DNA of 63,552 nt, filler included, from Octopus bimaculoides (Eukaryota), in the NCBI RefSeq assembly GCF_001194135.2. It is 6 parts of 5 records of this genome, joined end to end, with 100 filler letters (N's around TTAATTAATTAA, not from the genome) between each part and the next. Parts side by side here need not be neighbours in the genome. Positions count along the whole stretch, not along the records: positions 44,431 to 63,552 come from NC_068983.1; 5 more parts are not named here. One strand, written 5' to 3'. Position 1 is the stretch's first letter, and each line of letters begins with the position of its first letter. The translations under genes and the position numbers were made by a program. Positions 51,915-63,552 of this stretch are shown piece after piece. The notes under the pieces are model-generated. The model made no database searches. It was not told the origin of the DNA and worked only from the letters and a program-made list of their open reading frames with translations.

Positions 51915-53752
51915 AGAAAGAAAAAAACAGAAAAACGAAGAAAAAATCAGAAGAAGAAAAAAATCAGAAGAAAAAAAAAGAAAAAAAAAGAAGAAGAAAA
52001 AGAAAAAGAAAGAAGAAGAAGAAAAGAAGATGGAAGAAGAAGAAAAGAAGATGGAGGAAGAAGAAAAGAAGACGACACGGTTCCAACAGCTTCTTATTAT
52101 CGTCCTTCCTCTTCCAAAAGAATCGTTTGTTTGTATGTATAAAGTAGAAACTATTTCTCCAACCAATATATACGATGACGTGTGAAATCCAATTTTTAAC
52201 AATTAAACACAGGCAACGTGACTATTATTAATTCAATTCAAGTTCAGTACGAAATAACTATTTCTCTCCTCTCCCCTGACACACCTTTTTCTTCTGTTTT
52301 CCTACCTTTTGCTTCTATTTCATTTTTTTTTAAATTAAAACTAACAGATTTCTATCTCAACCTAGATATGGTCTCTTTTATTTACAATATACGGTGTTCT
52401 TTAGTTCAACTTAAAGGAAATAGGATTAACAGGGAGGTTCGTTTCCTTCCTGTATCATTTCTACGTTCATTTGCTATCATTCAGTTTTTATTTATTTATA
52501 TTTATTCACATTTTTTTGGTTTATTTGTGTCGTATTGTAATTTGTCAATTTCTGGAGCTCACTGGGTTTTTCTTTATTTTTTATTTTTTTCTGAATCTTA
52601 TCCTTTTTCTTTAGCATACACTTAATGGCACCAAATTTAATTAACCACATGCTATGGGTGCAGTGTGTTACAAATAAAATATCTAAAGAGAAATGTAGTA
52701 TAATGTACCTTTAATTTGTTTCAATCATTACACTGAGGCCATGCTGGGGCAACGCGCTGAAGGATTTTATAAAATAAATCGACGCCAGTATTTATGTTTT
52801 TTTATTGCAAAGTCTGGTGTTGTTCTATGAGGGTTTTTTGTTCCAAGCACCATATTACAGGGACGAAAACAAACCAATACTGAGTGTCAAGGGACGGTAA
52901 GCAGAAAAACATACACATTCATACATGCACATCCATATATAAATGCGATGGGTTACCACACACTTTATACCCAATTCAGTACCGAAGTTTCTGTCGGTCC
53001 TGGATCATAGAAGACATTTGCCCAAGATACCACGCAGTTGGACTGAACCTGAAGCCACATGTTTACAAAGCGAGCTACTTAACCATACAGCCATGCTAGA
53101 GTTATGTAGCTTATCTTCATAACTATGAAATAGTTATTAGTACTGCTATTGAAACACATGTCAGCCGCATGCGATCCAAAATAATTTAGGGCCGAAGGCG
53201 TCCCATCCACGACTCTCTTACCAGTTCGTATCATTGCCATTAGATTCTTCCTTTATTATTTCTACCAAAACATTAGGATGTGATATAAGGAGGCAGAAAA
53301 CCGTAATTTCTCTTCAAGAAGTTAGAATGTGATGTTAGAATGGAGAATTGTAAGCTAATTCTAGAAGGTTCATCATCCATGTTGCAACACCTCTTGCACA
53401 TACATACATACATGATGATGGCTGCCCCCTCGTTATACATACAGCTGAACGTTAGTGAAAAAGAAAATACCAACGCTGACCTATTGAGAAATCTACAGTT
53501 TATTTATATTACAAGTTCAGGTTTATACCTGTAATTATCAGGGCATTGAGATATGTAATACACAGCCTAAATACCAATCTTGAGAAATTGCTCTTCTCAA
53601 AACCAGAAAGGAGAAAACTACAGATCCAATCCAACACTGGGAATGTAAAATTATGTAAAACTTTCCAGAAGTTTATCATTTAAGTATACATGAGCATGTC
53701 TAGATACGCAACTATATGCATGAGAATACATAAAACATACAAATCTGCAAGT

Positions 53753-53819
<67 letters not shown>

Positions 53820-54911
53820 CCCTGTTGGGGTTGTTGAAATTTCAGTAAAGGAGCTTTAGATCTAGGTTAGAAAACAGCTCTTTCTCAATTTGCAAGAAAT
53901 CTTGAAATAAAACTGAATAATGACATACATACAACACGTATGTATACATGAACGTGAATGTACTATTGAAAGTCCAGTAAAAAAAAGATTAGAGGAAGAT
54001 TATGGTGAATTTATGCGGAACTTACAGCTCTTGTACCCTCTCTATAAATTGTACCTATCATCATAAGTGCATTATGCTATGTACATACAAATTTACAGCA
54101 AAATCTTAGGAATATTAGGTTTCGGAGAAAAGACAAAGGACACTGAGGTGGATTCTCCAAATCCAATATATTATAGGCAAAGTAAAGATTTGTAAAAGAT
54201 TTGTAAAATATTGCAAAAATTCTCCATCTAAGATTCTTTAAAAGAATAAACACACACAGTTGGGTATATACCATCGACAGCTCAACCAACACATTAACTC
54301 TACAACATATTTTCAAACACCGACTCCTTTCTTAACTCAAGAAGTCTTGATTTATTAGCGACTAGTTTGAACTCTTAAGAACTTAAATGAAATCAAAGAA
54401 AAAAAAAGCATACATACAAAGAAAAAACATGTGCGTGTGTGTGTATTTATGCATGTATATATACATGTATAGCATAGTCGTATTAGATGATGAATTTGTA
54501 GAAATTTCCAAATTCTACCGAAAGGCACTGGCAGATATGCGGTTCATTAGAGCGGTGAATAAACTATATTGGATATCGAAATATGGCTCATTAGATCAAA
54601 AGTTCAAACTCCTGCCGATGGCAGCGTTGCTGGCCGCATTCTCCAGTTCGATGAAATAATACTCCAGTCAATTAATTTTTATGGTATACGTTCTGAGTTC
54701 AAATTCTACCGAGGTCGTCTTTGCGCTTCATCTTATCGGGATTGATAAACTAAGCATCAGTAAAACACTGGGGTTGATGTAATCAACTAGTCCCCGCCCT
54801 TCCCCCAAATTTCAGGCCTTGTGCCTATATTAGAAAGGACATTTATGCTGTCTTGTACGAATGCCTAATGTAACTCAACAGCATTAGATGTTCAATTCTC
54901 GTATCCCTTCT

Positions 54912-55108
54912 AATGCGGCGAGTTGGCAGAAACGTTAGCACTCCGGGCAAAATTCTTAGCGGTATTTCGTCTGCCTTTACGTTCTGAGTTCAAATTCTGC
55001 CGAAGTCGACTTTGCCTTTCATCCTTTCGGGGCTCGAGAAATTAAGTAGCAGTTGCGTACTGGGGCTGATCTAATTTCAAGCCTTGTACCTAGAGCAGAA
55101 AAGAAAAG
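54912..55108 (+). mobile_element. SINE family B (tandem partial copy at ~54690-54840)
   Basis: Matches the family B head and tail. Confidence 0.85.
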
Positions 55109-56360
55109 AATGCTCGCAACCCTTCCTAAGTGAAGCTTACAGACCAAGGAGCAGAGCACATGTGATTGATGATACAGAGGAATTTCGAACGTTGCAATAG
55201 ATATGGATTCAAATCTTGCAATAACTCTGAGTAGCTGCTGCAATTTCTAAGTGAAGCATAATTTCTCCGATATGTATTTCCCTTTTATAAACCTCTCCAT
55301 CATGACTAGTGTAGCTAAGATGACAGACTTCTCTTTCAAGTGTATATGAAATCATTCATAGTTGAAGCTGTTGTTGTGTAACTATCAATAAACTTCGCTG
55401 AGGACTATTATGGTTAATGAGGAATTTCTCCTACCACCATTCCACTTTTAAATATCTTAATGACAAAATTAGCTAATATGATCTTGCTACTAGTCTTACA
55501 GATTGTGATCTGAGGGAATGTGGTTACTATTTCTAGCAGGTTTTGCTCTCTGATAGAAATTCTTCTATTGGTTTGAAATGATTGCATGTTATTTACCTGG
55601 CGTCGATTCATTTTTACTACAAGCATTTTCGTCGTAAATGAAAGAAGATATAGTTTCTTTAGAATAAAAGTTACACAGGGTGAACCAAGTTTGTAGGAAA
55701 ATTCTAAGTGTTTTAGAGTAAGTAGCTATAAGGCTAGAAATGTGTTATAAACACTTAACGGAATTTCTAAAGCAAATTGTATTATAGTCTAAACGTTTCT
55801 TGTTATGAAGAAAAATATATAGTGTCTCTTGTGTGTACAGTTAGATATCCGACTGCTACTGGTGCATTTAAAGTTTCACTTAGAGAATCATTCAGTCTAC
55901 TTCAGTAAATTAGTGTAGGTACTTATGTAATTAGTAGTATGAGACTTCTGGTTATGATATAGAAAACGAATATAGTAAAAAAAAAAAGCAAGATAAACAA
56001 GGGATGCTGCTAATATCATTTGCTCCTTATGTCTGTTACACCGTTGTGGATATTTGCATATTCTGTAGTGAGATTTCAAGGGTAATCGTATGCGCAACTA
56101 CAACAGTTAATCAAGGGATCCAGCTGCATTTTGAACACTCACCACAGTTGATGCAAGTAACCATAATGATGAAATGTGCGGGGAAAGCAATATACATACA
56201 CGTAGAAGTGGCTGTGCGTTAAGAAGCTTGTTTGCCAACCACATGGTTCCGGGTTCACTCTCACTGCTCGGCATCTTGGACAAGTGTCTGCTACAGCCTT
56301 GGACCAACAAAAGCCTTGCGAGTGGATTTGGTAGACGGGAATTGAAAGAATCCCATCGTG

Positions 56361-56411
<51 letters not shown>

Positions 56412-56944
56412 NNNNNNNNNNNNNNNNNNNNNNNNNNNNNNNNNNNNNNNNNNNNNNNNNNNNNNNNNNNNNNNNNNNNNNNNNNNNNNNNNNNNNNNNN
56501 NNNNNNNNNNNNNNNNNNNNNNNNNNNNNNNNNNNNNNNNNNNNNNNNNNNNNNNNNNNNNNNNNNNNNNNNNNNNNNNNNNNNNNNNNNNNNNNNNNNN
56601 NNNNNNNNNNNNNNNNNNNNNNNNNNNNNNNNNNNNNNNNNNNNNNNNNNNNNNNNNNNNNNNNNNNNNNNNNNNNNNNNNNNNNNNNNNNNNNNNNNNN
56701 NNNNNNNNNNNNNNNNNNNNNNNNNNNNNNNNNNNNNNTAAACAAGATAAATGATATGCACATACAGATTCTGTCACAAAGAGTACGTCCAGGGTTCGAT
56801 TTTTTTTACTAAAAGGCGGTGCTCCAGCATGGCCACAGTCAAAATGACTGAAACATGTAACAGAATAAAAGAATGAACGTTACACATGTTGCACCAAATA
56901 AGCAAGAACAATTCTACCAAAGTAGTTTAGACTGCTGAATCATA

Positions 56945-57162
56945 ATCTTTCCTACTCTAAGCACAAGGTCCGAAATTTTTGGGAGAGGGGGCCGGTCGAT
57001 TAGATCGACCCCAGTACGCAACTGGTACTTAATTTATCGACTCCGAAGGGATGAAAGACAAAATCGACATCGGAGGAATTTGAACTCAGAACGTAAAGAC
57101 AGACGAAATACCGCTAACCATTTCGCCTGGCGTGCTAACGATTCTGCCACCTCACCGCCTTA
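56945..57162 (-). mobile_element. SINE family B
   Basis: Reverse complement of the family B consensus. Confidence 0.85.
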
Positions 57163-57552
57163 CTGCTTAGATATAAGACTTTAAATACCTAGTAAACACT
57201 TAATATATTTCTATACTAAATGATATTCAGTATATTTAAAGTGGCGAGTTGGAACAATAGTTAGTGCGTGGGATAGAATCGTTAGAGGCATTTCTTCTGT
57301 GTTACAATGTTCTCATTTCGAATTCCATAGAGGTCGATAAAATAAGTACTAATTAAACATATGTGTAGAAGTATTAGATTTGTAATTTCCACTCAAAAGC
57401 AATTATTTCGGAATCTACCCTCGTTACGCCGTTCTGTTAGTCTTCTTATTTAGCTTAGATCAGTCTTTAAAGAGCAAAACTATAACCAAAGATTATTTCG
57501 TATGTGTATTTCGTGTGCAAGATTCTTGATGTGGATACGTGTGTTGAAAGAA

Positions 57553-57956
57553 ATACAATTAAACCTTGGGAGAGGCATTATGCCGGTAATAAACACACGC
57601 ACTGGTTCAGTCCTTTATTAATTTATATAGTTTTTTCTGATCTGATATAAACGAAATTGTTACAAACACACATATGGACGCACATACTTACATATAAGCA
57701 CGAACACATAAGTGCGTGCACACATATGAGCGTGCACACATACGAGCTTGCACACACTCACAGGCTCATACCGAACAGTTTCGAAACAACGCCAAATCAT
57801 ACATTCAAAATAAATGGAAGTGGAAAGACAAGTTACTGAAGAGATTGCTAGAGTGCAATGAAATAATTTAACAAAATACTATATAAATTAATAAAGGACT
57901 GAACCAGTGCGTGTGTTTATTACCGGCATAATGCCTCTCCCAAGGTTTAATTGTAT
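57553..57956. repeat. Perfect 79-bp inverted repeat with 246-bp spacer
   Basis: 57553-57631 is the exact reverse complement of 57878-57956. Confidence 0.95.
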
Positions 57957-58214
57957 AACCAAAGACATTTAAACTGTAACCATTATGTCATTTATTTTTT
58001 TTTAGTGTTACCAAAGGTTTTAGATTACTTCATCTAATGTGATCTTTCTTTTCTATAACGGTATGTTATATCTTAGATTTCGCTTTTTTTTCTGTGAATT
58101 CGATATACCATACAGAGACTCCCTAGTTAGCTAGCAAATAAAAGTGCGGGAAATAAAACAGGATTTATATTAAAAATTCCATCAGAAATTATTTTAAATT
58201 CCTCAGAAAATATT

Positions 58215-58410
58215 AGTTTCAAAATTTGGCGCAAGGCCAGGCAGTCCGGAAGAGGATGCATTTCGATTACATCGACACATGTACTCAACTGGTTCTTATT
58301 TCATCGACCCCCAAAAGCATGAAAGGCAAAGTCGACCTCGGTGGAATTTGAACTGAGTGTAAAGCCGGACGAAATGCCGCTAAACATTTCGCCCGGCGTG
58401 CTAGCGATTG
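58215..58410 (-). mobile_element. SINE family B
   Basis: Reverse complement of the family B consensus, diverged. Confidence 0.75.
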
Positions 58411-59009
58411 TATCAGCTCATTACCTTACTTGGTTCGATTATATTACTGGGAACGGCGTTAACGTCACCATTTATCATTTTCCTTCTTTCATGTATCTGA
58501 ACCCTATACCATGAAGAAAAGTAATCAATACAGGAGTATTTATTTGTAAACTTCAGCAGCAAATAAGACAATTTCGTTTGTGTATACAACACAACATGAT
58601 TCAAGTTTAATGGCATAAACTACAAAACAAATCCTGTTACAACAAACTCAAATGACAATCATTTATAAATGTTGGATAATGGGTTTTCCTTTGGAATGAA
58701 TTGTGCCAGATTCTCTACATTGCAAAATCAATCCTGGTTAAATTCAGTGGAAGTGGCTCTGCTTCATTTCGTAAATTCGATGTTTATATGCCACCTTGGG
58801 GAAATATTATCGACTACCTATTCTGAACGGAAAGAGCAGCAGATTCGAAAATGCATCGCCTCATAGCAGAAAGTATCACATAATTTGATAGCGTTATTAT
58901 CACAACAACCCAATTTACTTGCAAAGTCTTTCCTATAGCTGATGGCTTGATAGTGAAAGCATGGTTATTGCCTTTTTTTTCCTAATATTTTGCTTTTTTG
59001 TTACTTCAG

Positions 59010-59012
59010 CAT
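59010..59012 (+). CDS. Candidate 3-nt microexon (CAT)
   Basis: CCTAAT-ATTTTGCTTTTTTGTTACTTCAG|CAT|GTAAGT: branch motif, pyrimidine tract, acceptor and consensus donor. Confidence 0.45.
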
Positions 59013-60294
59013 GTAAGTATGTTTATCAACATCTATTGCAGTTGTTTTGTACACATACTGAAGGATATAGAAAGTGGCAGAACATTTTATTTTTTTAATA
59101 AAAGCATTATATATTGCATTTTTAGATATTCCTCGATTTCTATTTTTTGGGTTAAAGCATTAATCTATTGAACGTAGACATAAAACTACGTAGGCAATAT
59201 AAAGATTCGTGCGTCAGAATTGTAGCATAAACCAGTTATATCTTATTATTGCTGCCTTCACAGGAGAGTATGATGAAGAGATGTGAAGTGGTCTGAGCCA
59301 CCACTCATCGTGTTAAATTCAGCCATGCCAACACTTCACTCTCACCTGCAAAGGATCAAGTTTCGCTTGTGAATATTGCCTGTATCCACTGGAGTTATTA
59401 CGGACGTCTACGACAATCAAACGAAAGCTGGCTTTTGTAATGAAATATCTGTTACATTCTATTACATACATTCTTACATCATATACAAGTGTAAATCAAA
59501 GAAAATGCCATGATTTCAGAATTCAGATTTAATTTCGAATGTATAAGATAAAAGAATTGTAAAGTGTCACAAATATTTTATAGGTTGATTTTGTACAAGT
59601 GGTCAACTTGAAACAGCTATGCAGTGGCAACAGTAATGATAACAAAAGAAAATATTAGAAAATAGCGAATATCGCCAACCAACGCGTCAACATGCCAACG
59701 AGTAGAAGAGTGAACGGGGCAGCGAGAGAACGATTCAGCGAGTAGTGGAGCCAAGGAATTAGAGACTCAGTGAGCGAACGAGCCAATGATAAGAATGAGT
59801 CTATGAGCAAACACGCCAATGATCGAACGAACCCATGAGCGAACGAGCCAACGAGTGAAAAGATAGAAATGGAAAATGCCAATTAACAAAAGAAGCAAAA
59901 GGCGAACGAGCCTAGGAGAGGAAAAAGCAAACATTGATCGATCTCTACGAATGGAGGAGCCGATGAGAAAACGAGCAAATGAGTGAATGAGTCCAGGAAG
60001 CAAAGGTACTACTAGCCAAAGAGTCAATGAGCTAACAGTGGATGTTAAGTCATTGCTCACTCTGAAATATATAACAGCCAACTCAATTATAATATTGGTT
60101 CTCTAAGTATAGTCATGGAAACACAACGACAGAGAAAAGGGTGTTGTGGTCCTTACTGTTAACCGCCTTTGATAATAGCTTTGTTCAGACACCCCAAAGC
60201 ACGCTGTGTTTAACACCAAAAGCAAGAATAGCTATCTGCCGCACAATGGACAATGGCTTTCTACTATAACCTCCACTTAACCATTATATTGTTT

Positions 60295-60497
60295 TGAAAT
60301 TTTGTCACCAGGCCAACAATTTCGAGTCTAGAGGTAAGTCGATTACATCGACCCCAGTAATCAGCCTTATTTTATCGACCCCTAAAATCAAAGGTAAGTT
60401 CGACCTCGATAGAATTTTACCTCAGAATGTAAGGACGGATGAAATGGCGGTAAGTATTTTGCCTGGCATATTAACGACTCTACTAGCTCGCCGCCTT
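60295..60497 (-). mobile_element. SINE family B, diverged
   Basis: GTCGATTACATCGACCCCAGT...CTCGCCGCCTT. Confidence 0.75.
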
Positions 60498-60576
60498 GAA
60501 CTGACCATTATAGTAGAAGTTGAATTTGATGGAAATAAATTTCAGGAAGCCCGCCGTGTACATTTGTGTGTGTGTG

Positions 60577-60673
<97 letters not shown>

Positions 60674-62029
60674 GTGTGTGTGTGTGTGTAACTGATCTAT
60701 ATTCCGTAGGAATGTTAATATCTGCGACAGAATCGATATAAACATGGTTCAAGCGAAGACCTTTACGACATTTCTTCTGTTTTGAGATACAGAAACTCCT
60801 ATGTTACTTAAGCCGTCAGATAGAACATTTGAAACATGCAACCAAGAACGATATTGTTCAGTAAATGCTACGTAAATATGAAATAAATTGAAATCAAAAT
60901 TTCTTATCAAACTGGATATAAACAAAACTTAAGCTTATTTAGTCAGTTAAATATTAATTCAATTTTCATACAGCTATCTAGTAACAGACAAGCTATGTCG
61001 TGTCAGCTTATCATGTCCTGTGAATCTATAGCGAATGCCGGCATTGTAATTATATACTGAGACACATGGCGATAGCGAAATAAAATTGATGGAATATCCA
61101 ACTAAATGTTTTATAGTATTCTGTAAAGTCCGGCTCCAAATCTTACTGAGGATGGTTTTGTTTATTAGATTCGATGAACAGTTAGTAGTCTAATAAATAT
61201 TTCTTTCTTCTAAATGCTATTAGCTTTCCCTAAAATATTCGACCAGTTAAAAGGAAAGAGGCCCTTGTTGGGCGTGGGGGAACAATGCTACTTCATCTGA
61301 AGTCGAATACTGGATTTTCTGACTATTTGCATCGGTCAATTTTTGCTTTTGCATTTCAGGATGTAAGATTAATAGAAAATAATGAATTTTATACAATCAG
61401 TCCAGTCTATTGAATTCCCCTTTCCCTTAGCAAAAGTTTCCAGAAATTTCTCCTTTCTAGTATTGCACAACACTATCTTCTCTAAATAATCACACGAATG
61501 CCATCAGCCAAATAAACGCATTAGCATGGGAGAATTATTCGGAAATGGAACAGCTTTTGAAGGGAAATCGAATACTTATTTAAGTAATAATTCAAATCTA
61601 CAGTATTTGCATTGTCCCTGTCCGAAGCTATTAACTGGATTGTGTCATTTATCCTGAAAAAAAAAACCTTGATGTATTTGGATATCATATAATGAGATTT
61701 ATTATTGGTAAACACCTCGTCGACAAATTTAAAATACTAAGTCTACAAGTAATGACGAAATAAGTAAAAACATTTTTTAGTAAATTTTAAAGCAGTTCTC
61801 TCAAACGGGTTTACTTCAAACAATCAGGTTGTGGTTTCTCTAAATTTAATCTGGAGAGAATCATGCCAGAGCAGAGAGCCGGGGACGTTCCCCCGACAGA
61901 TAGACAGACCAGATCTCCAAAAGCTCCAATGATAATCTTTGTTACCTGGAGCAAGGATAGGTGGTGAAATTATATTAATGCGATTTATCTTTTTAGAAAG
62001 TACAAATAATTATTAACTATTGTGTTGTT

Positions 62030-62394
62030 GTTGGTACTCCGTCGCTTACGACGCCAAGGGTTCCAGTCGATCCGATCAACGGAACAGCCTGCTCGTGAAA
62101 TTAACGTGCAGGTGGCTGAGCACTCCACAGACACGTGTACCCTTAACGTAGTTCTCGGGGATATTCAGCGTGACACAGAGTCTGACAAGGCTGACCTTTT
62201 GAATTACAGGCACAACAGAAACAGGAAGTAAGAGTGAGAGAAAGTTGTGGTGAAAGAGTACAGCAGGGCTCACTGCCATCCCCTGCCGGAGCCTCGTGGA
62301 GCTTTAGGTGTTTTAGCACAATAAACACTCACAACGCCCGGTCTGGAAATCGGAACCGCGAGTCCGCTGCCCTAACCACTGGGCCATTGCGCCT
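62030..62394 (-). mobile_element. SINE family C with variant central segment
   Basis: Tail matches 17862-18050. Head TGGCCCAGTGGTTAGGGCAGCGG. Confidence 0.8.
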
Positions 62395-62748
62395 CCACTA
62401 ATTATTAACTATAACCTTAGTGAAAGCCTCTTCAACAATTTACAGGAATGTATTAACTCAGAAACCGATGGATACCTAGTATTTGTTCTAAGTTCAAATA
62501 TAACCTATGCCATTTTTGCTTTTATTCATCCAAGGTCGATAAAAAAAAAAGGCTGAAAGTGAATACAGAAGTTCATTGAATCTATCATGTTCTCCGCCAA
62601 GATATCTAAAGTGACAAAAGGTTTTGTAGAATTTGGGAGTTCCCCCTTGCGTTTTCATCTCAAACCCTGCAAGCAGTTATTTGAATGTTGTACTACCTCC
62701 CTCACCTGGTAAAACTTCACCACCTTTTCCTTTGGCGCCTTTACGCAG

Positions 62749-62791
62749 GTGCCTCCCACCTCTCCTGAAATTACACTGTCGAGCCCAAGAG
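62749..62791 (+). CDS. Candidate 43-nt internal exon (VPPTSPEITLSSPR, phase 0 to 1)
   Basis: Acceptor CCACCTTTTCCTTTGGCGCCTTTACGCAG, weaker donor GAG|GTTGAG. The frame is closed both upstream and downstream. Confidence 0.4.
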
Positions 62792-63055
62792 GTTGAGAAT
62801 GCCGACATCATTCGCTCCTAGAAATCTAAGAAACATTAACAGAGCGAGAGAAAAGCTGTGTCCTTGAGCCTAAGCTGGAAATCAATTTTGTAGCCAATCA
62901 GTTTACTTTCATCGACGATCACATAGAATTAAAATCCAAAGTGATTTGGCCCAGTCCAGCCCATCGATTTTGTGGTTTACCTCGTCCGATATGGCAATAT
63001 TTATCAAGGACGTTTAGAAGTCATATGATGAACATTTTCCTCCAGCATTTTACAG

Positions 63056-63219
63056 GTTCCACTATCGAGTCATTTCCATACCAACCGTTACCATTAGAAA
63101 CTCCGTATGATTACAATATATCGGGATGGGCTTCTGATAATCTAGGAAAAATAGGCCACATGACTACCGCCAACAATCTGATTGCGGCACTTAATTTTAA
63201 CGAAACATCTATAAATTGA
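63056..63219 (+). CDS. Candidate terminal coding exon (GSTIESFPYQPLPLETPYDY...NFNETSIN*)
   Basis: Acceptor TTTTCCTCCAGCATTTTACAG. Phase 1 is open for 53 codons and ends TGA TAG. It is the 3' part of ORF 62941-63219. Confidence 0.4.
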
Positions 63220-63552
63220 TAGCGATCAAACTGCTGATGTAATGCTGACAGGCATAATACAAACATCGGAGCGAATGAATGCATATCTATGCATATCTAT
63301 ATATATCTATCTATATAGATATGCAGGGCAGGGAATCGTCAATTAGTAATAAAATTAATAATTAACAATTTTGCCGGGTAGCTCAGTATGAAAAAACCTT
63401 TTCGGTAAAATCATTTATAATCATAAATATATAGGGATTGACAGTAACCTGCTTCTCCAACATACTGAGAATTCAGAAATAGCAGCCAAAGAACTACTGA
63501 TTCCAAAACTACAAATTTTACTCTAAATTGATAGCGATCAAACTGCTGATGT

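Noticed and set aside
51585-52202. 183-aa K/E/R-rich and 205-aa F/S-rich ORFs
   Set aside because: (GAA/AAG)n low-complexity tract. A 29-bp piece is duplicated at 51081, consistent with repeat turnover.
48091-58520. Minus-strand exon-like segments (DDENNRKSVD near 48091-48119; IHERRKMINGDVNAVPSNIIEP near 58432-58500)
   Set aside because: Isolated and adjacent to SINEs, and they form no consistent chain. They show the background rate of chance splice-like signals.
59264-59290. Acceptor followed by GEYDEEM* or ESMMKRCEVV*
   Set aside because: Could be an alternative terminal exon, but there is no independent support.

Overview
Eukaryotic, AT-rich, repeat-saturated genomic DNA, most likely from an octopus draft assembly. 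This is inferred from the SINE families, the microsatellite density and the N-gaps. No complete or nameable protein-coding gene, rRNA, tRNA or CRISPR array is supported, and most ORFs in the track are microsatellite, low-complexity or N-gap artefacts. The window holds decayed RTE-clade LINEs, Penelope-like retroelement fragments, mariner and maT-type transposase remnants, several MITEs with clean TIRs/TSDs, and dozens of tRNA-derived SINE copies in three families (here called A, B, C). Main hunt results: (1) five small + strand exon candidates (27, 38, 3, 43 and 164 nt) with canonical splice signals that join into one open reading frame of an unidentified gene, including a 3-nt microexon candidate; (2) a CpG-poor/RTE-rich versus CpG-rich switch near 16 kb; (3) several fold-back structures that could form dsRNA in a pre-mRNA. 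Exon calls are by-eye predictions and need RNA evidence. SINE and LINE coordinates are approximate.
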